Assembly: GCA_023410875.1 (NCBI GenBank)
Contig: JAEYPH010000043.1
Span: 19,096 to 83,095 of the forward strand
From: Bacillota bacterium
Lineage (GTDB): Bacteria > Bacillota > Clostridia > Christensenellales > UMGS416
Direction of reading: 5' to 3'
DNA: 64,000 nucleotides
Shown: piece by piece, positions 46,283 to 56,078 of the stretch
Layout: each line of letters opens with the position of its first letter
Position numbering within the stretch: position 1 is the stretch's first letter
Translations under genes and position numbers: made by a program
Notes under the pieces: model-generated
Seen by the model: only the letters and a program-made list of their open reading frames with translations
What the model was told of the DNA's origin: nothing
Databases searched by the model: none

Positions 46283-47584
46283 CTATCCTTTGCGCAAGTC
46301 TGTCACTCGTTTTGCCTTGCCCTCGAAGCGCTTGAGAGTTTGCGGCTCCACCAGGCGCACCCTGGCGTCCACCAGCAGCGCTGTGCGCAGCTGTTTGCGG
46401 ATGCGCTCGGTCAGCCGCTCCAGTTCGCCGTAACGCTCCAGCAAGGAGGCATCCAGCAGTTCCACGAGCACTTCCATCTCGTCCAGCGCGTCCTCGCGGC
46501 GCACGATGATCTCATAGTGCGGCCCTACTTCCTTTACGCCGTGCAGCACTTCCTCCACTTGCGTGGGGAACACGTTGACGCCGCGGATGATCAGCATATC
46601 GTCGTTGCGGCCCTGCACCTTGGCCATGCGCACCAGCGTCCGCCCGCAGCGGCACGGCGTTTCGTCCAGCGCGGTCAGATCGCGGGTGCGGTAGCGCAGG
46701 ATGGGCAGCGCCTGCTTGGTCATGGCCGTGAGCACCAGCTCGCCGGGCTGCCCCGGCGGCAGCGGCTGGCCGCTGGCAGGGTCTATGATCTCCGGCAGGA
46801 AATGGTCTTCGTTGATGTGCAGGCCGGCGCGCTCGGTGCATTCGCCGCTGACGCCTGGACCCACGATCTCCGAAAGGCCATAGTTCTCGGTGCACAGCAG
46901 GCCCAGCTTGCTCTCCAGCTCCGCACGCAGCTTGTCGCTGTGGCCCTCGCCGCCAAAGAGACCCACCCGCAGCTTCAAGTCCCTCTTAGGGTCCAGCCCC
47001 GCGCGCTCGGCGGCCTCGGCCAGATAGAGCGCATAGCTGGGCGTACTGACCAGCACCGTGGTGCCAAAATCCTTTAGGAACAGCAGCTGCCGCTCGGTGT
47101 TGCCGCTGGAGGCCGGTATCACCGTGCAGCCGACCTTCGTTAGCCCGTCGTGCAGGCCAAAGGCGCCGGTGAACATGCCGTAGCCAAAGGCGATCTGGGC
47201 GATGTCCTCGTGGGTAACGCCGGCCATGCAGGCCAGACGGGCCACGCAGTCGCTCCAGGTCTGCAGGTCACGCCGGGTGTAGCCCACCACGGTGGGCTGG
47301 CCGGTGGTGCCGGAGCTGGCGTGCAGGCGCACAACCTGTGCCATGGGCACCTGGAACATGCCGAAAGGATAGCCACGACGCAGGTCCTCCTTTGTCGTGA
47401 AGGGGATCAGCCGCGCATCCTCCAAAGTTCGGATGTGCCGAGGTTTCAAACCCACTTCATCGAACTTGCGGCGGTAGAGCTCGCTGTGTTCGTAGGCGGC
47501 GTTCACCGCCCGCTTCAGCCTGCGCAACTGGAGCTCCCGCAGCTGCGGACGAGCCATGGTTTCCGTCTTGCCATCCCAGATCAT
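46283..47584 (-). CDS. paaK: Phenylacetate-CoA ligase family (PaaK-like), copy 2
   Basis: 433 aa, a paralog of 42654..43958. ...IPFTTKEDLRRGYPFGMFQV...[17 protein letters not shown]... Confidence 0.9.
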   Translation of the reverse strand: MIWDGKTETMARPQLRELQLRRLKRAVNAAYEHSELYRRKFDEVGLKPRHIRTLEDARLIPFTTKEDLRRGYPFGMFQVPMAQVVRLHASSGTTGQPTVVGYTRRDLQTWSDCVARLACMAGVTHEDIAQIAFGYGMFTGAFGLHDGLTKVGCTVIPASSGNTERQLLFLKDFGTTVLVSTPSYALYLAEAAERAGLDPKRDLKLRVGLFGGEGHSDKLRAELESKLGLLCTENYGLSEIVGPGVSGECTERAGLHINEDHFLPEIIDPASGQPLPPGQPGELVLTAMTKQALPILRYRTRDLTALDETPCRCGRTLVRMAKVQGRNDDMLIIRGVNVFPTQVEEVLHGVKEVGPHYEIIVRREDALDEMEVLVELLDASLLERYGELERLTERIRKQLRTALLVDARVRLVEPQTLKRFEGKAKRVTDLRKG

Positions 47585-47735
47585 GTCGTTTCTCCTCTAC
47601 CTTGCTACCGTACTTCACTTTGCCGGAACGCCCGACAAATTAGTTGCATTATAACGCAAATTGCATGTCATTGGAACATGTAATGACGAGCAACGGCCGG
47701 GTAGACTCACAGCAGACCCGGCAAAACGGGTTTCA

Positions 47736-47764
47736 TTGACAAGGTACATCCCTTGGGCTATCAT
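47736..47764 (+). promoter_or_regulatory. SigA-type promoter upstream of the GT2 gene
   Basis: TTGACA, a 17-nt spacer, then TATCAT. It lies about 37 nt upstream of the ATG at 47801. Confidence 0.5.
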
Positions 47765-47800
47765 GGATGCGGCCCAAGAGGAAAAAAGGAGCAATCCCGT

Positions 47801-48826
47801 ATGAATGTGGTAGTCCTCATCCCCTCGCTGAACCCCGACGAATCGCTGCTGCAGGTTGTGCGCAACATCCGCGAACAAGGCTTTGAACGGTTCGTGATCG
47901 TAGACGACGGCAGCAAACCCATGTGCCGCGGCGTTTTTGACGCGCTGGAGGCCGAAGGGTGCGCCGTGGTGCGCCACGCGGTCAACTTGGGCAAGGGCCG
48001 GGCGCTCAAGACCGGTTTCAACCACATCCTGCAGTACATGGGCGACGCCCAGGGCGTGGTAACCTGTGACGCCGACGGGCAGCACCAGCCCCAGGACATC
48101 GCCGCCGTGGCCCGGGCGCTGGGAGAACATGGCGACAAGGTTATCCTGGGCGCCCGGCTGTTTTTCGAGGCCAAGGTGCCGCTGCCCAACCTGCTGGGCA
48201 ACACGATCACGCGCTTTGTGTTCTGGCTGCTGACCGGCCTGCGCTACGGCGACACCCAGAGCGGTCTGCGGGCATTCCCAATGGCTGCACTGCCGGCTAT
48301 GATGGCCGTAGCAGGCGAACGCTTCGAGTATGAAAACGTGATGCTGCTGGCCTTTCGCGAAAACGGCCTGGATTACGCCGAGCTGCCCATCCGCGCCGTG
48401 TACGCGGCTGAGGGCAAGCAGGCCACCCATTTCAACAAGGCCGTGGACAGCGTGCGCATCTATAAGAAACTACTGGGTTTCGCCGCCGCGCCGATCTTCG
48501 GTGCGTTCTTCTCGCTGATGCTGTTCATGGTGCTCAGCCTTGCTTGGGGCTCTGTGCCGGCCTGCCTGGCGCTGGCGGCTGTGGCCTCCGTGGCTGGCTG
48601 GCTCACGATATGGCTGGCCGCGCCGGCCCGCCGAGTTTTGCATGCTGTGGCGGTGACATTGGTCAGCGTGGTGGCATTGTGCGCGCTGTATCTGCTCTTC
48701 ACCGTGGCGCTGGCGCTGCCGCCCATCGGCGCGTTCATATTGTCCGGCTTGCTCAGTGCGCCGCTGGGATACAGCCTGTGGCTTGGCAGCCGGTCTCCGC
48801 GAAAACCCATGCGTACGAAACTCTAA
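47801..48826 (+). CDS. Family 2 glycosyltransferase with C-terminal transmembrane region
   Basis: MNVVVLIPSLNPDESLLQVV...VIVDDGS...DADGQH...GDTQSGLRAF, followed by 3-4 TM helices. An AGGAG RBS precedes it. I used the internal Met17 of ORF 47753..48826. Confidence 0.8.
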   Translation: MNVVVLIPSLNPDESLLQVVRNIREQGFERFVIVDDGSKPMCRGVFDALEAEGCAVVRHAVNLGKGRALKTGFNHILQYMGDAQGVVTCDADGQHQPQDIAAVARALGEHGDKVILGARLFFEAKVPLPNLLGNTITRFVFWLLTGLRYGDTQSGLRAFPMAALPAMMAVAGERFEYENVMLLAFRENGLDYAELPIRAVYAAEGKQATHFNKAVDSVRIYKKLLGFAAAPIFGAFFSLMLFMVLSLAWGSVPACLALAAVASVAGWLTIWLAAPARRVLHAVAVTLVSVVALCALYLLFTVALALPPIGAFILSGLLSAPLGYSLWLGSRSPRKPMRTKL

Positions 48827-48840
48827 AAATAATAAAAGAA

Positions 48841-48870
48841 AAGAGGATGAACCGGTCGGTTCATCCTCTT
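48841..48870. terminator. Bidirectional terminator between the GT2 gene and mreB
   Basis: AAGAGGATGAACC-GGTC-GGTTCATCCTCTT is flanked by A-rich and T-rich tracts. Confidence 0.75.
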
Positions 48871-48882
48871 TTCTTTTATGCT

Positions 48883-49917
48883 TTAGTATTTGTTGACCGT
48901 GTAATCCCGGAAGGCCTGATAGTTCGTGTTGTTCAGGTTGTCCACTTCCTCCAGCGACTTGCCCGTGCCGATGGCCACGCAGGAGATGGCGTCCTCGGCC
49001 ACATAGCACGGCACCCGGGTGTGCTGCTGGATGCGGATGTCCAGCCCGTAGAGCAGAGCGCCGCCGCCGGTCATCACGATGCCGTGGTCGTAGATGTCGG
49101 CGGAGAGCTCCGGCGGTGTGCGTTCCAGCACGCTGTGCACGGCCTCCAGAATGCTCTGCACCGGCTCCTCCAGTGCCTCGATCATCTCGTCGGCGCTGAT
49201 CGTCAGCGTCTTGGGCAGGCCGGAGATCAGATTACGACCGGTGACTTCCATATACTGGGGCTCCTTGCGCTGATAGGCGGAGCCGATGTTGATCTTCATG
49301 TCCTCGGCGGTTCGTTCGCCGATGAGCAGGTTGTGCTTCTTGCGCATGTAGCGCACGATGGCGTCGTCGAACTTGTCGCCGGCCACCTTGATGGATTCGG
49401 ACACGACCGAGCCGCCCAAGGAGATGACGGCGATGTCGGTGGTGCCGCCGCCGATGTCCACAACCATGCTGCCGTAGGGTCGGCTGATGTCGATGCCCGC
49501 GCCGATGGCAGCGGCGATGGGTTCCTCAATGAGGAAGGTCTTGCGGGCGCCGGCATCCAGCGTGGCCTCGCGCACGGAGCGCTTCTCCACTTCGGTGACG
49601 CCGCTGGGCACGCACACCATGACCCGGGGCTTAAAGAACAGACGTCGGCCCACAACCTTGTTGAGGAAGTGGCGCAGCATCATCTCGGTGTAGCCGTAAT
49701 CGGATATGACGCCGTCGCGCAGCGGGCGAATCGCAACGATGTTGCCGGGGGTGCGTCCGAGCATCTTGCGAGCGTCCTCACCCACGGCCAGCATGCGGCC
49801 TGTGTTCTTGTCTATCGCGACGACCGACGGCTCCCGCAGAACGATGCCCCTGCCCCGGACATACACCAGGACACTCGCGGTGCCAAGATCAATACCGATA
49901 TCCTGATTGCCCCACAT
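48883..49917 (-). CDS. mreB: Rod-shape-determining actin homolog MreB/Mbl
   Basis: MWGNQDIGIDLGTASVLVYVRGRGIVLREPSVVA...DIGGGTTDIAV... I chose the start at Met29 of the ORF because the predicted promoter (49989-50017) lies downstream of the ORF-track start at 50001. Confidence 0.93.
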   Translation of the reverse strand: MWGNQDIGIDLGTASVLVYVRGRGIVLREPSVVAIDKNTGRMLAVGEDARKMLGRTPGNIVAIRPLRDGVISDYGYTEMMLRHFLNKVVGRRLFFKPRVMVCVPSGVTEVEKRSVREATLDAGARKTFLIEEPIAAAIGAGIDISRPYGSMVVDIGGGTTDIAVISLGGSVVSESIKVAGDKFDDAIVRYMRKKHNLLIGERTAEDMKINIGSAYQRKEPQYMEVTGRNLISGLPKTLTISADEMIEALEEPVQSILEAVHSVLERTPPELSADIYDHGIVMTGGGALLYGLDIRIQQHTRVPCYVAEDAISCVAIGTGKSLEEVDNLNNTNYQAFRDYTVNKY

Positions 49918-49988
49918 GCACAACCCTCGTTTCTTCACGCTGTATACAACATGATGTAGATAAACATAGTTTCTGACTCTATTTCTAT

Positions 49989-50017
49989 ATTTTAAACGCA
50001 ATCCCTGTTAGCGTCAA
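49989..50017 (-). promoter_or_regulatory. SigA-type promoter upstream of mreB
   Basis: Minus strand reads TTGACG, a 17-nt spacer, then TAAAAT. Confidence 0.5.
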
Positions 50018-50082
50018 TGACAAATTGATCTGTGAACAAACCTATTGTTCCCAAATGGCTACCATGTTATTCCATATATAAC

Positions 50083-50114
50083 AGAGAGAGCGGACCCGTG
50101 GGTCCGCTCTCTCT
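50083..50114 (-). terminator. rny terminator
   Basis: AGAGAGAGCGGACC-(4 nt)-GGTCCGCTCTCTCT, 15 nt after the rny stop. The minus strand is followed by GTTATATAT. Confidence 0.65.
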
Positions 50115-50128
50115 GGCTGCTAGGCTTT

Positions 50129-51676
50129 CTACTTGGCGAACTCCACAGAGCGCAGTTCGCGAATGACGTTGACCTTGATCTGGCCGGGGTATTCCATCTC
50201 GGCTTCGATCTTTTTGGCGATGTCCTTGGCCATGAGGATGGTGCCCTCGTCGGTGACATCCTCGGGCTTTACGATGATACGGACCTCGCGGCCGGCCTGG
50301 ATCGCAAAGGAACGCTCGACCCCGTTGAAGGAGTTGGCGATTTCCTCGAGCTTCTGCAGGCGCTTTATGTAGTTCTCCAGCGTCTCGCGGCGGGCGCCGG
50401 GGCGGGCGCCGGAGATGGCATCGGCCGCCTGCACGAGGATGGCTTCCACGGTCTGTGGCTCGATGTCGTTGTGGTGGGCCTGGATGCAGTGGATGATGTC
50501 CTTGTTCTCGCGGTAACGCTTGGCCAGATCGGTACCGATCTGGGCATGGGTACCCTCGATTTCGTGGTCCACGGCCTTGCCGATGTCGTGCAGCAGGCCC
50601 GCGCGCTTGGCGAGGCGCACGTCGGCGCCCAGCTCGCTGGCCATCAGGCCGGCCAGATGGGCGACCTCGATGGAATGCTTAAGCACGTTCTGTCCGTAGC
50701 TGGTGCGGTACTTGAGCCGGCCCAGCAGCCGGTGCAATTCCTGGTGCAGACCATGCACGCCCACTTCGAACACGGCGGCGTCACCGGCCTCGCGGATGAT
50801 GTTTTCGACCTCGCGCTTGGCCTTGGCGACCATCTCCTCGATGCGCGCCGGGTGGATGCGGCCATCGGTGATCAGCTTCTCCAGCGTGATGCGGGCAACT
50901 TCGCGGCGCACCGGGTCAAAGCCGGATAGGATGACCGCCTCGGGCGTGTCGTCGATGATGAAATCGATGCCGGTGGCCGTCTCCAACGTCTTGATGTTGC
51001 GGCCCTCGCGGCCGATGATGCGGCCTTTCATCTCGTCGTTGGGCAAAGCCACTACGCTGACGGTGGTGTCCGCCACGTGGTCGGCGGCGCATCGCTGTAT
51101 TGCTAGGCCTACAATGTTGCGCGCCTTTTTATCGGCTTCTTCCTTGGCGGCATTCTCGATGTCGCGGACCATAATGGCCGCCTCATGACGGGTGTCATGC
51201 TCGACCTTCTGCAGAAGGATGGCGTGCGCCTCCTCCTGCGACAGACCGGAAATGCGCTCCAGCTCATCGAGCTCCTTTTTGTGCAGTTCCTCGGTCTTGT
51301 CGGCGATGGCCTGGATGTCTTCTTTGGCCTTGTTCAGCTTTTCTTCCTTGGCTTCCAGGCTGGCGGTCTTGCGGTCGATGTTGTCTTCCTTCTGGGCGAG
51401 CCTGCGCTCCACGCGCTGCATTTCCGAGCGGCGGTTGCGCAACTCCTTGTCGCATTCGTTCTTCAACTGGAAAACTTCGTCCTTGGCCTCCAGCAGCGCT
51501 TCCTTCTTCAGGGCCTCTGCCTCGGCACGGGAATCTTCCAGCACTTTTTTGGCCACTTCGTCAGCTTTGCCTATTTTCGCTTCGGCAAGAGACTTTCTAT
51601 AGAAATAGCCGGCAATCAAGCCCACGGCCAAAGCCACTGCGCCGATTGCGATTATTGGTATGATATATTGTCCCAC
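50129..51676 (-). CDS. rny: Ribonuclease Y
   Basis: 515 aa. N-terminal TM helix, then a coiled coil, a KH domain ([13 protein letters not shown]) and an HD domain ([10 protein letters not shown]...LLHDIGKA). The start codon is GTG. Confidence 0.96.
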   Translation of the reverse strand: MGQYIIPIIAIGAVALAVGLIAGYFYRKSLAEAKIGKADEVAKKVLEDSRAEAEALKKEALLEAKDEVFQLKNECDKELRNRRSEMQRVERRLAQKEDNIDRKTASLEAKEEKLNKAKEDIQAIADKTEELHKKELDELERISGLSQEEAHAILLQKVEHDTRHEAAIMVRDIENAAKEEADKKARNIVGLAIQRCAADHVADTTVSVVALPNDEMKGRIIGREGRNIKTLETATGIDFIIDDTPEAVILSGFDPVRREVARITLEKLITDGRIHPARIEEMVAKAKREVENIIREAGDAAVFEVGVHGLHQELHRLLGRLKYRTSYGQNVLKHSIEVAHLAGLMASELGADVRLAKRAGLLHDIGKAVDHEIEGTHAQIGTDLAKRYRENKDIIHCIQAHHNDIEPQTVEAILVQAADAISGARPGARRETLENYIKRLQKLEEIANSFNGVERSFAIQAGREVRIIVKPEDVTDEGTILMAKDIAKKIEAEMEYPGQIKVNVIRELRSVEFAK

Positions 51677-51781
51677 TTTCTACCTTACACCTCCTTTTTC
51701 ATAAAATAAACCGAGACAAGCTCGGTTTTTAGACTAATCTCACAAGTTTGGAGCATAAAACCATGAATGCCTAGCGTTTCT

Positions 51782-51810
51782 ATTGTATAAGACAAACCAC
51801 CGCCTGTCAA
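51782..51810 (-). promoter_or_regulatory. SigA-type promoter for rny
   Basis: Minus strand reads TTGACA, a 17-nt spacer, then TACAAT. It lies about 100 nt upstream of the rny start, inside the loop of the recA terminator hairpin. Confidence 0.5.
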
Positions 51811-51836
51811 GCAACGACTGCCTTGAAAAGCGGTGG
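51797..51836 (-). terminator. Possible recA terminator hairpin
   Basis: CCACCGC-(26 nt)-GCGGTGG, followed on the minus strand by TTTGTCTT. The loop is long, so confidence is modest. Confidence 0.35.
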
Positions 51837-51858
51837 AAATATACCCTTTTGCTTTTAT

Positions 51859-52863
51859 TTATGCTTCGGCGGCTGCGCTCAACAGCGCGGCGCGCAGCTT
51901 GGCCTCTATCTCGTTGCACACCTCGGCGTTGCTCTCCAGATACTGGCGGGCGCCTTCCCTGCCCTGGCCGATGCGGGTTTCTCCATAGGAGAACCACGCA
52001 CCGCTCTTGCGCACGATCTCCTGTTCCACCGCCATGTCCAGTATCGTGCCCTCTCGGGAGACGCCGCGGCCATAGAGGATGTCGAATTCGGCGTTCTTGA
52101 AGGGCGGCGCCATTTTGTTTTTGACGACCTTGATCTTGGTGCGGTTGCCGATCATCTCATCGCCCTTCTTGAGCGTCTCAGAACGGCGCACGTCCAGGCG
52201 GACGGAGGCGTAAAATTTCAACGCTCGACCACCGGGTGTGGTTTCCGGGTTGCCGAACATGATGCCCACTTTTTCGCGCAGCTGGTTGGTGAATACCATC
52301 ACAGTGCTGGACTTGCTGATGGCGCCGGCCAGCTTGCGCAGCGCCTGGGCCATCAGGCGGGCTTGCAGGCCCACGTGGGAATCGCCCATCTCACCGTCGA
52401 TCTCCGCCCGGGGAACCAGCGCCGCCACCGAATCCACCACGATGATATCGATGGCGTTGCTGCGGATCAGTGCGTCGGCGATCTCCAGCGCCTGCTCGCC
52501 GGTGTCCGGCTGAGAGACATAGAGATTGTCCACATCCACGCCCAAGTTGCGGGCGTAGACCGGGTCCAGCGCGTGTTCGGCATCGATGAAGGCGGCCATA
52601 CCGCCACGCTTCTGTGTCTCGGCGATCATGTGCAGCGTGATCGTCGTCTTACCGGAGGATTCCGGCCCGAAAACCTCTATGATGCGCCCCCGGGGGATGC
52701 CGCCGATGCCCAGCGCCACGTCCAGCGCCAGACAGCCCGTGGGGATCACCTCCACGTCCAGCGTGTTGGTGTCGCCGAGCTTCATGATGGAGCCCTTGCC
52801 GAAGCGTTTTTCGATCTGGCCCAGAGCCAGTTCCAATGCCTTTGCCTTGTCCGTGGTTGTCAT
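51859..52863 (-). CDS. recA: Recombinase RecA
   Basis: [31 protein letters not shown]...GPESSGKTT... Start at Met11 of the ORF follows a GGGAGGA RBS. The ORF-track start at 52893 would leave only about 11 nt of leader downstream of the predicted TSS (about 52904), with no room for an RBS. Confidence 0.97.
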   Translation of the reverse strand: MTTTDKAKALELALGQIEKRFGKGSIMKLGDTNTLDVEVIPTGCLALDVALGIGGIPRGRIIEVFGPESSGKTTITLHMIAETQKRGGMAAFIDAEHALDPVYARNLGVDVDNLYVSQPDTGEQALEIADALIRSNAIDIIVVDSVAALVPRAEIDGEMGDSHVGLQARLMAQALRKLAGAISKSSTVMVFTNQLREKVGIMFGNPETTPGGRALKFYASVRLDVRRSETLKKGDEMIGNRTKIKVVKNKMAPPFKNAEFDILYGRGVSREGTILDMAVEQEIVRKSGAWFSYGETRIGQGREGARQYLESNAEVCNEIEAKLRAALLSAAAEA

Positions 52864-52910
52864 GCTTTTGTCCTCCCGCTTCGGCGCGTTCATCCGTATT
52901 CTTCTGTATA

Positions 52911-52939
52911 ATTCTAGTATATACGGGTACGAAATGCAA
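52911..52939 (-). promoter_or_regulatory. SigA-type promoter for recA
   Basis: Minus strand reads TTGCAT, a 17-nt spacer, then TAGAAT. A degenerate LexA-like box overlaps the -35 (see findings). Confidence 0.5.
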
Positions 52940-52961
52940 ACATTTTTTCGCCCTTGTGCCT

Positions 52962-54206
52962 TTAATGGTCGCTTAGAACGGCCTGGCGCAGCATGTCCAG
53001 CGCGTTCAGGCAGGTCACGTGGCGCACGAAGGCGCGTTCGCGGTTGGCAAGCAGCAGGCGTCGCACCTGCACCTCGCCGTCGCGGCGAGCCAGAGCGATG
53101 TACACCAGGCCCACGGGCTTCTCGGCGGTGCCGCCGTCAGGCCCGGCGATGCCTGTCGTGGAGAGGGCGTAATCCGATGAAAACAGCCGGAGGCATCCGG
53201 AGGCCATTTCACGGGCCGTTTCTTCGCTGACGGCGCCGTGCTCCCGCAGCGTGTCCTCGCTTACACCCAATGTATTGCGCTTCACATCGTTGCTGTAGGC
53301 CACAACGGAACCCAGGAACATCGCCGAACAGCCAGAAATATCCACGATGTCTGAAGCCAGCATGCCGCCGGTGCAGCTCTCCGCCGTGCTCAGTGTAAGG
53401 CTGCACTCGGCAAGCAGGCGCACAACCGTCTCGGCCAGCGAACTCCAGCGGTCGGTATACAGGAACTTCCCGACCCTGTCCAGTATCTGCGCTTGCACCG
53501 GCTCCACCAGTGCCGCCGCCTGTTCCTCGGTGGGCGCGCTGGCCGTCACGCGCAGCATCACCTCGCCCGTGGAGCAATAGGGCGCGATGGTCGGGTTGCT
53601 CTGGGCCTCCATGATATCCTTGATGCGGTGCTCCAGCTCCGATTCGCCGATGCCAAAGAACCGCAGATGTACCGTGTGGAAATGACTGTTGACACGGCGC
53701 TGCAGATAGGGCACGACCTCATGGTCGAAGATCCACGTGAGCTCCCTGGGCGGCCCGGGCAGTATGATGACGGCTTTGCCGCCGGTCTCCACGATGCAGG
53801 CCGGCGCGGTGCCGCGCTCGTTGCGCAGCACGGTGCTGCCCTGGGGGAACCACGCCTGGCGCTCGTTGTTGGGCGTCATGAGCCGGTTGAAGCGCGTGAA
53901 CCACGCGCGCAGCGTCTCCAGCGATTCCACGTGCAGCGCCATCTTCAACCCCAGCGCTTCCGCGATGGTCTCCTTGGTCAGGTCGTCCATCGTGGGCCCC
54001 AGGCCGCCGGTCGTGATCACGATGTCGCTGCGGCCCAGCGCCGTCAGAAAGGTCTCCCGCAGCCTCTGGGGGTTGTCACCGATGGTCGTATGGCGGTACA
54101 CGCCGATGCCCAGGCGGCTCAATCCTTGCGAGAGGTATTGCGCGTCGGTGTTGACGACCTGGCCCATCAGCAGCTCCGTGCCGATGCACAGGATTTCCGC
54201 TATCAT
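52962..54206 (-). CDS. cinA: Competence/damage-inducible protein CinA (MoCF-binding plus PncC-like NMN deamidase)
   Basis: 414 aa. [34 protein letters not shown]...TAESCTGG... It sits upstream of recA, as in many Firmicutes. Confidence 0.92.
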   Translation of the reverse strand: MIAEILCIGTELLMGQVVNTDAQYLSQGLSRLGIGVYRHTTIGDNPQRLRETFLTALGRSDIVITTGGLGPTMDDLTKETIAEALGLKMALHVESLETLRAWFTRFNRLMTPNNERQAWFPQGSTVLRNERGTAPACIVETGGKAVIILPGPPRELTWIFDHEVVPYLQRRVNSHFHTVHLRFFGIGESELEHRIKDIMEAQSNPTIAPYCSTGEVMLRVTASAPTEEQAAALVEPVQAQILDRVGKFLYTDRWSSLAETVVRLLAECSLTLSTAESCTGGMLASDIVDISGCSAMFLGSVVAYSNDVKRNTLGVSEDTLREHGAVSEETAREMASGCLRLFSSDYALSTTGIAGPDGGTAEKPVGLVYIALARRDGEVQVRRLLLANRERAFVRHVTCLNALDMLRQAVLSDH

Positions 54207-54210
54207 TGGT

Positions 54211-54759
54211 TTATCCCTCCGTGGAGAAGGCTCTCTTGTTGACGACGAAATAATCGATGGTGGACCACACGGTGAACACCAGCGCCGCGCCTATGGCGAT
54301 CTGCGGCAGCCACAGCGCGTCCAGCCACTGGAAGGCCGGCAGGCCATGCAGCAGATAGAGGATCACGGCCACATCCTGCAGCACGGTCTTGGTCTTGCCC
54401 AGCCAGCTGGCCGAGATGATTTCGCCCTTGTCCGCGGCCACGATGCGGAACCCGCTGATCAGGATCTCTCGGCCGATGATGACGATGACGATCCACGAAG
54501 GCAGCTGTTTCTGCTCCACGAGTACGATGAGCGCCGCCAACACCAGCAGTTTGTCAGCGATGGGGTCGAACACCTTGCCGAACACGGTGACCTTCTTCTC
54601 CCGCCGGGCGATGTAGCCGTCCAGAATATCGGTCAGCGACGCCAGCAGGAACAGACCTGCCGCCACGAGCATGGAGTAAGGAAAGTTCCAGTACAGAAAG
54701 ACCAGGAACACCGGTATGATCAGCATCCGCATCACGGTCAGGCGGTTTGCCCAGTTCAT
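54211..54759 (-). CDS. pgsA: CDP-diacylglycerol-glycerol-3-phosphate 3-phosphatidyltransferase
   Basis: 182 aa. [18 protein letters not shown]...SLTDILDGYIARR...FGKVFDPIADKLLV carries the CDP-alcohol phosphatidyltransferase motif. Confidence 0.93.
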   Translation of the reverse strand: MNWANRLTVMRMLIIPVFLVFLYWNFPYSMLVAAGLFLLASLTDILDGYIARREKKVTVFGKVFDPIADKLLVLAALIVLVEQKQLPSWIVIVIIGREILISGFRIVAADKGEIISASWLGKTKTVLQDVAVILYLLHGLPAFQWLDALWLPQIAIGAALVFTVWSTIDYFVVNKRAFSTEG

Positions 54760-56078
54760 AGTACCACCCCCCGTAGATCATATTCGGTGGAACCGGTGAT
54801 TCGTACCCGCAATAGGGAGCCTACAAGGTCAGTGCTGCCGCCGGACACGGTGGTAACGCCGTCGATATCCGGCGCCTGGGCCTCGGTGCGGCACACGAGG
54901 TCGCCGTTCTCATCCACGCCATCTGCCAGCGCCAGGCGCTCGCTGCCCACCTGGGCGGCCAGCAGCGCCGCAGAAATCTCCTGCTGGGCCATCATGAGCC
55001 GGTGGCGGCGGCGCTCGGATGTGCGCTTGGGCACCCGGGGCTTCATCTTATAGGCCGGCGTGCCTTCTTCAGGGCTGTAGACGAAAGCCCCCATGTTCTC
55101 AAAACGGGCGTCCTGGGCAAAGCGCAGCAGGTTTTCGAACTGCTCGTCGGTCTCGCCGGGGAAACCCACGATGAACGTCGTGCGCAGCGCGATGTCGTAC
55201 TTGGAACGGATTTTCTCAATCAGCGCGCGGATTTGGCCTTCGGTGCTGCGGCGGTTCATGGCGCGCAGGATGCCGTCATCGATGTGCTGCAGCGGGATGT
55301 CCAGATAGCGGGCCAGTTTCGGGTGGGTGCCCACGAGCTCCAGCAGCTCGTCGGTCACCAGCTCCGGATAGCAATACAGCAGCCGGATGCGCTCCACGCC
55401 CTTCACGCCGGTCAGGCTTTGGACCAGAGGCACCAGTCCGGCATCAGCGCCTAGGTCCATGCCGTAGCGCGTGGTGTCCTGGGCAATCAGGATCAGCTCC
55501 TTGGCCCCCTGGCGGGTCAGGATCTCCGCCTCCTGCACAATGCTCTTGGGGTCGCGGCTGCGGTAGGGGCCGCGGATCGCCGGTATCGCGCAATAGGCGC
55601 AGCGGTTGCTGCACCCTTCGGCGATCTTCAGATACGCATAGTGCTTGGGCGTTGATATGGCGCGGCCGGGGATGAACGGCGAAGCCGGGTCCGGCGAGCA
55701 GGACAGCACGCGGTCGCCGGTGGCGCCCTCCACGAGAGCCACGATGCGACCGTAGTCGTTCACGCCGATCATCAGGTCCACCTCGGGGATGGCGTCAAAG
55801 AGCTGCTTGTTGTAGCGTTGGCTCAGGCAGCCGGACACGATGAGCCGCTGGCAGGAGCCGGTCTTTTTGTATTCGGCCATCTCCAGTATGGCGTCCACCG
55901 ATTCGTCCTTGGCGTCCTTGATAAAGCCGCACGTGTTCACGATGATGGCGTCGGCTACCGAGGGGTCGCCCACGATGTCATGGCCGGCCTCCCGCAGCAA
56001 GTAGATCATGACTTCGGCGTCCACGTCGTTTTTGGGGCAACCCAACAGCTTAAAGGCTATTTTCATGCTTTGTTTCAA
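54756..56078 (-). CDS. rimO: Ribosomal protein S12 methylthiotransferase RimO
   Basis: 440 aa. N-terminal motif is [13 protein letters not shown]. The radical-SAM motif is [15 protein letters not shown]-terminal TRAM domain is present. Confidence 0.92.
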   Translation of the reverse strand: MKQSMKIAFKLLGCPKNDVDAEVMIYLLREAGHDIVGDPSVADAIIVNTCGFIKDAKDESVDAILEMAEYKKTGSCQRLIVSGCLSQRYNKQLFDAIPEVDLMIGVNDYGRIVALVEGATGDRVLSCSPDPASPFIPGRAISTPKHYAYLKIAEGCSNRCAYCAIPAIRGPYRSRDPKSIVQEAEILTRQGAKELILIAQDTTRYGMDLGADAGLVPLVQSLTGVKGVERIRLLYCYPELVTDELLELVGTHPKLARYLDIPLQHIDDGILRAMNRRSTEGQIRALIEKIRSKYDIALRTTFIVGFPGETDEQFENLLRFAQDARFENMGAFVYSPEEGTPAYKMKPRVPKRTSERRRHRLMMAQQEISAALLAAQVGSERLALADGVDENGDLVCRTEAQAPDIDGVTTVSGGSTDLVGSLLRVRITGSTEYDLRGVVL

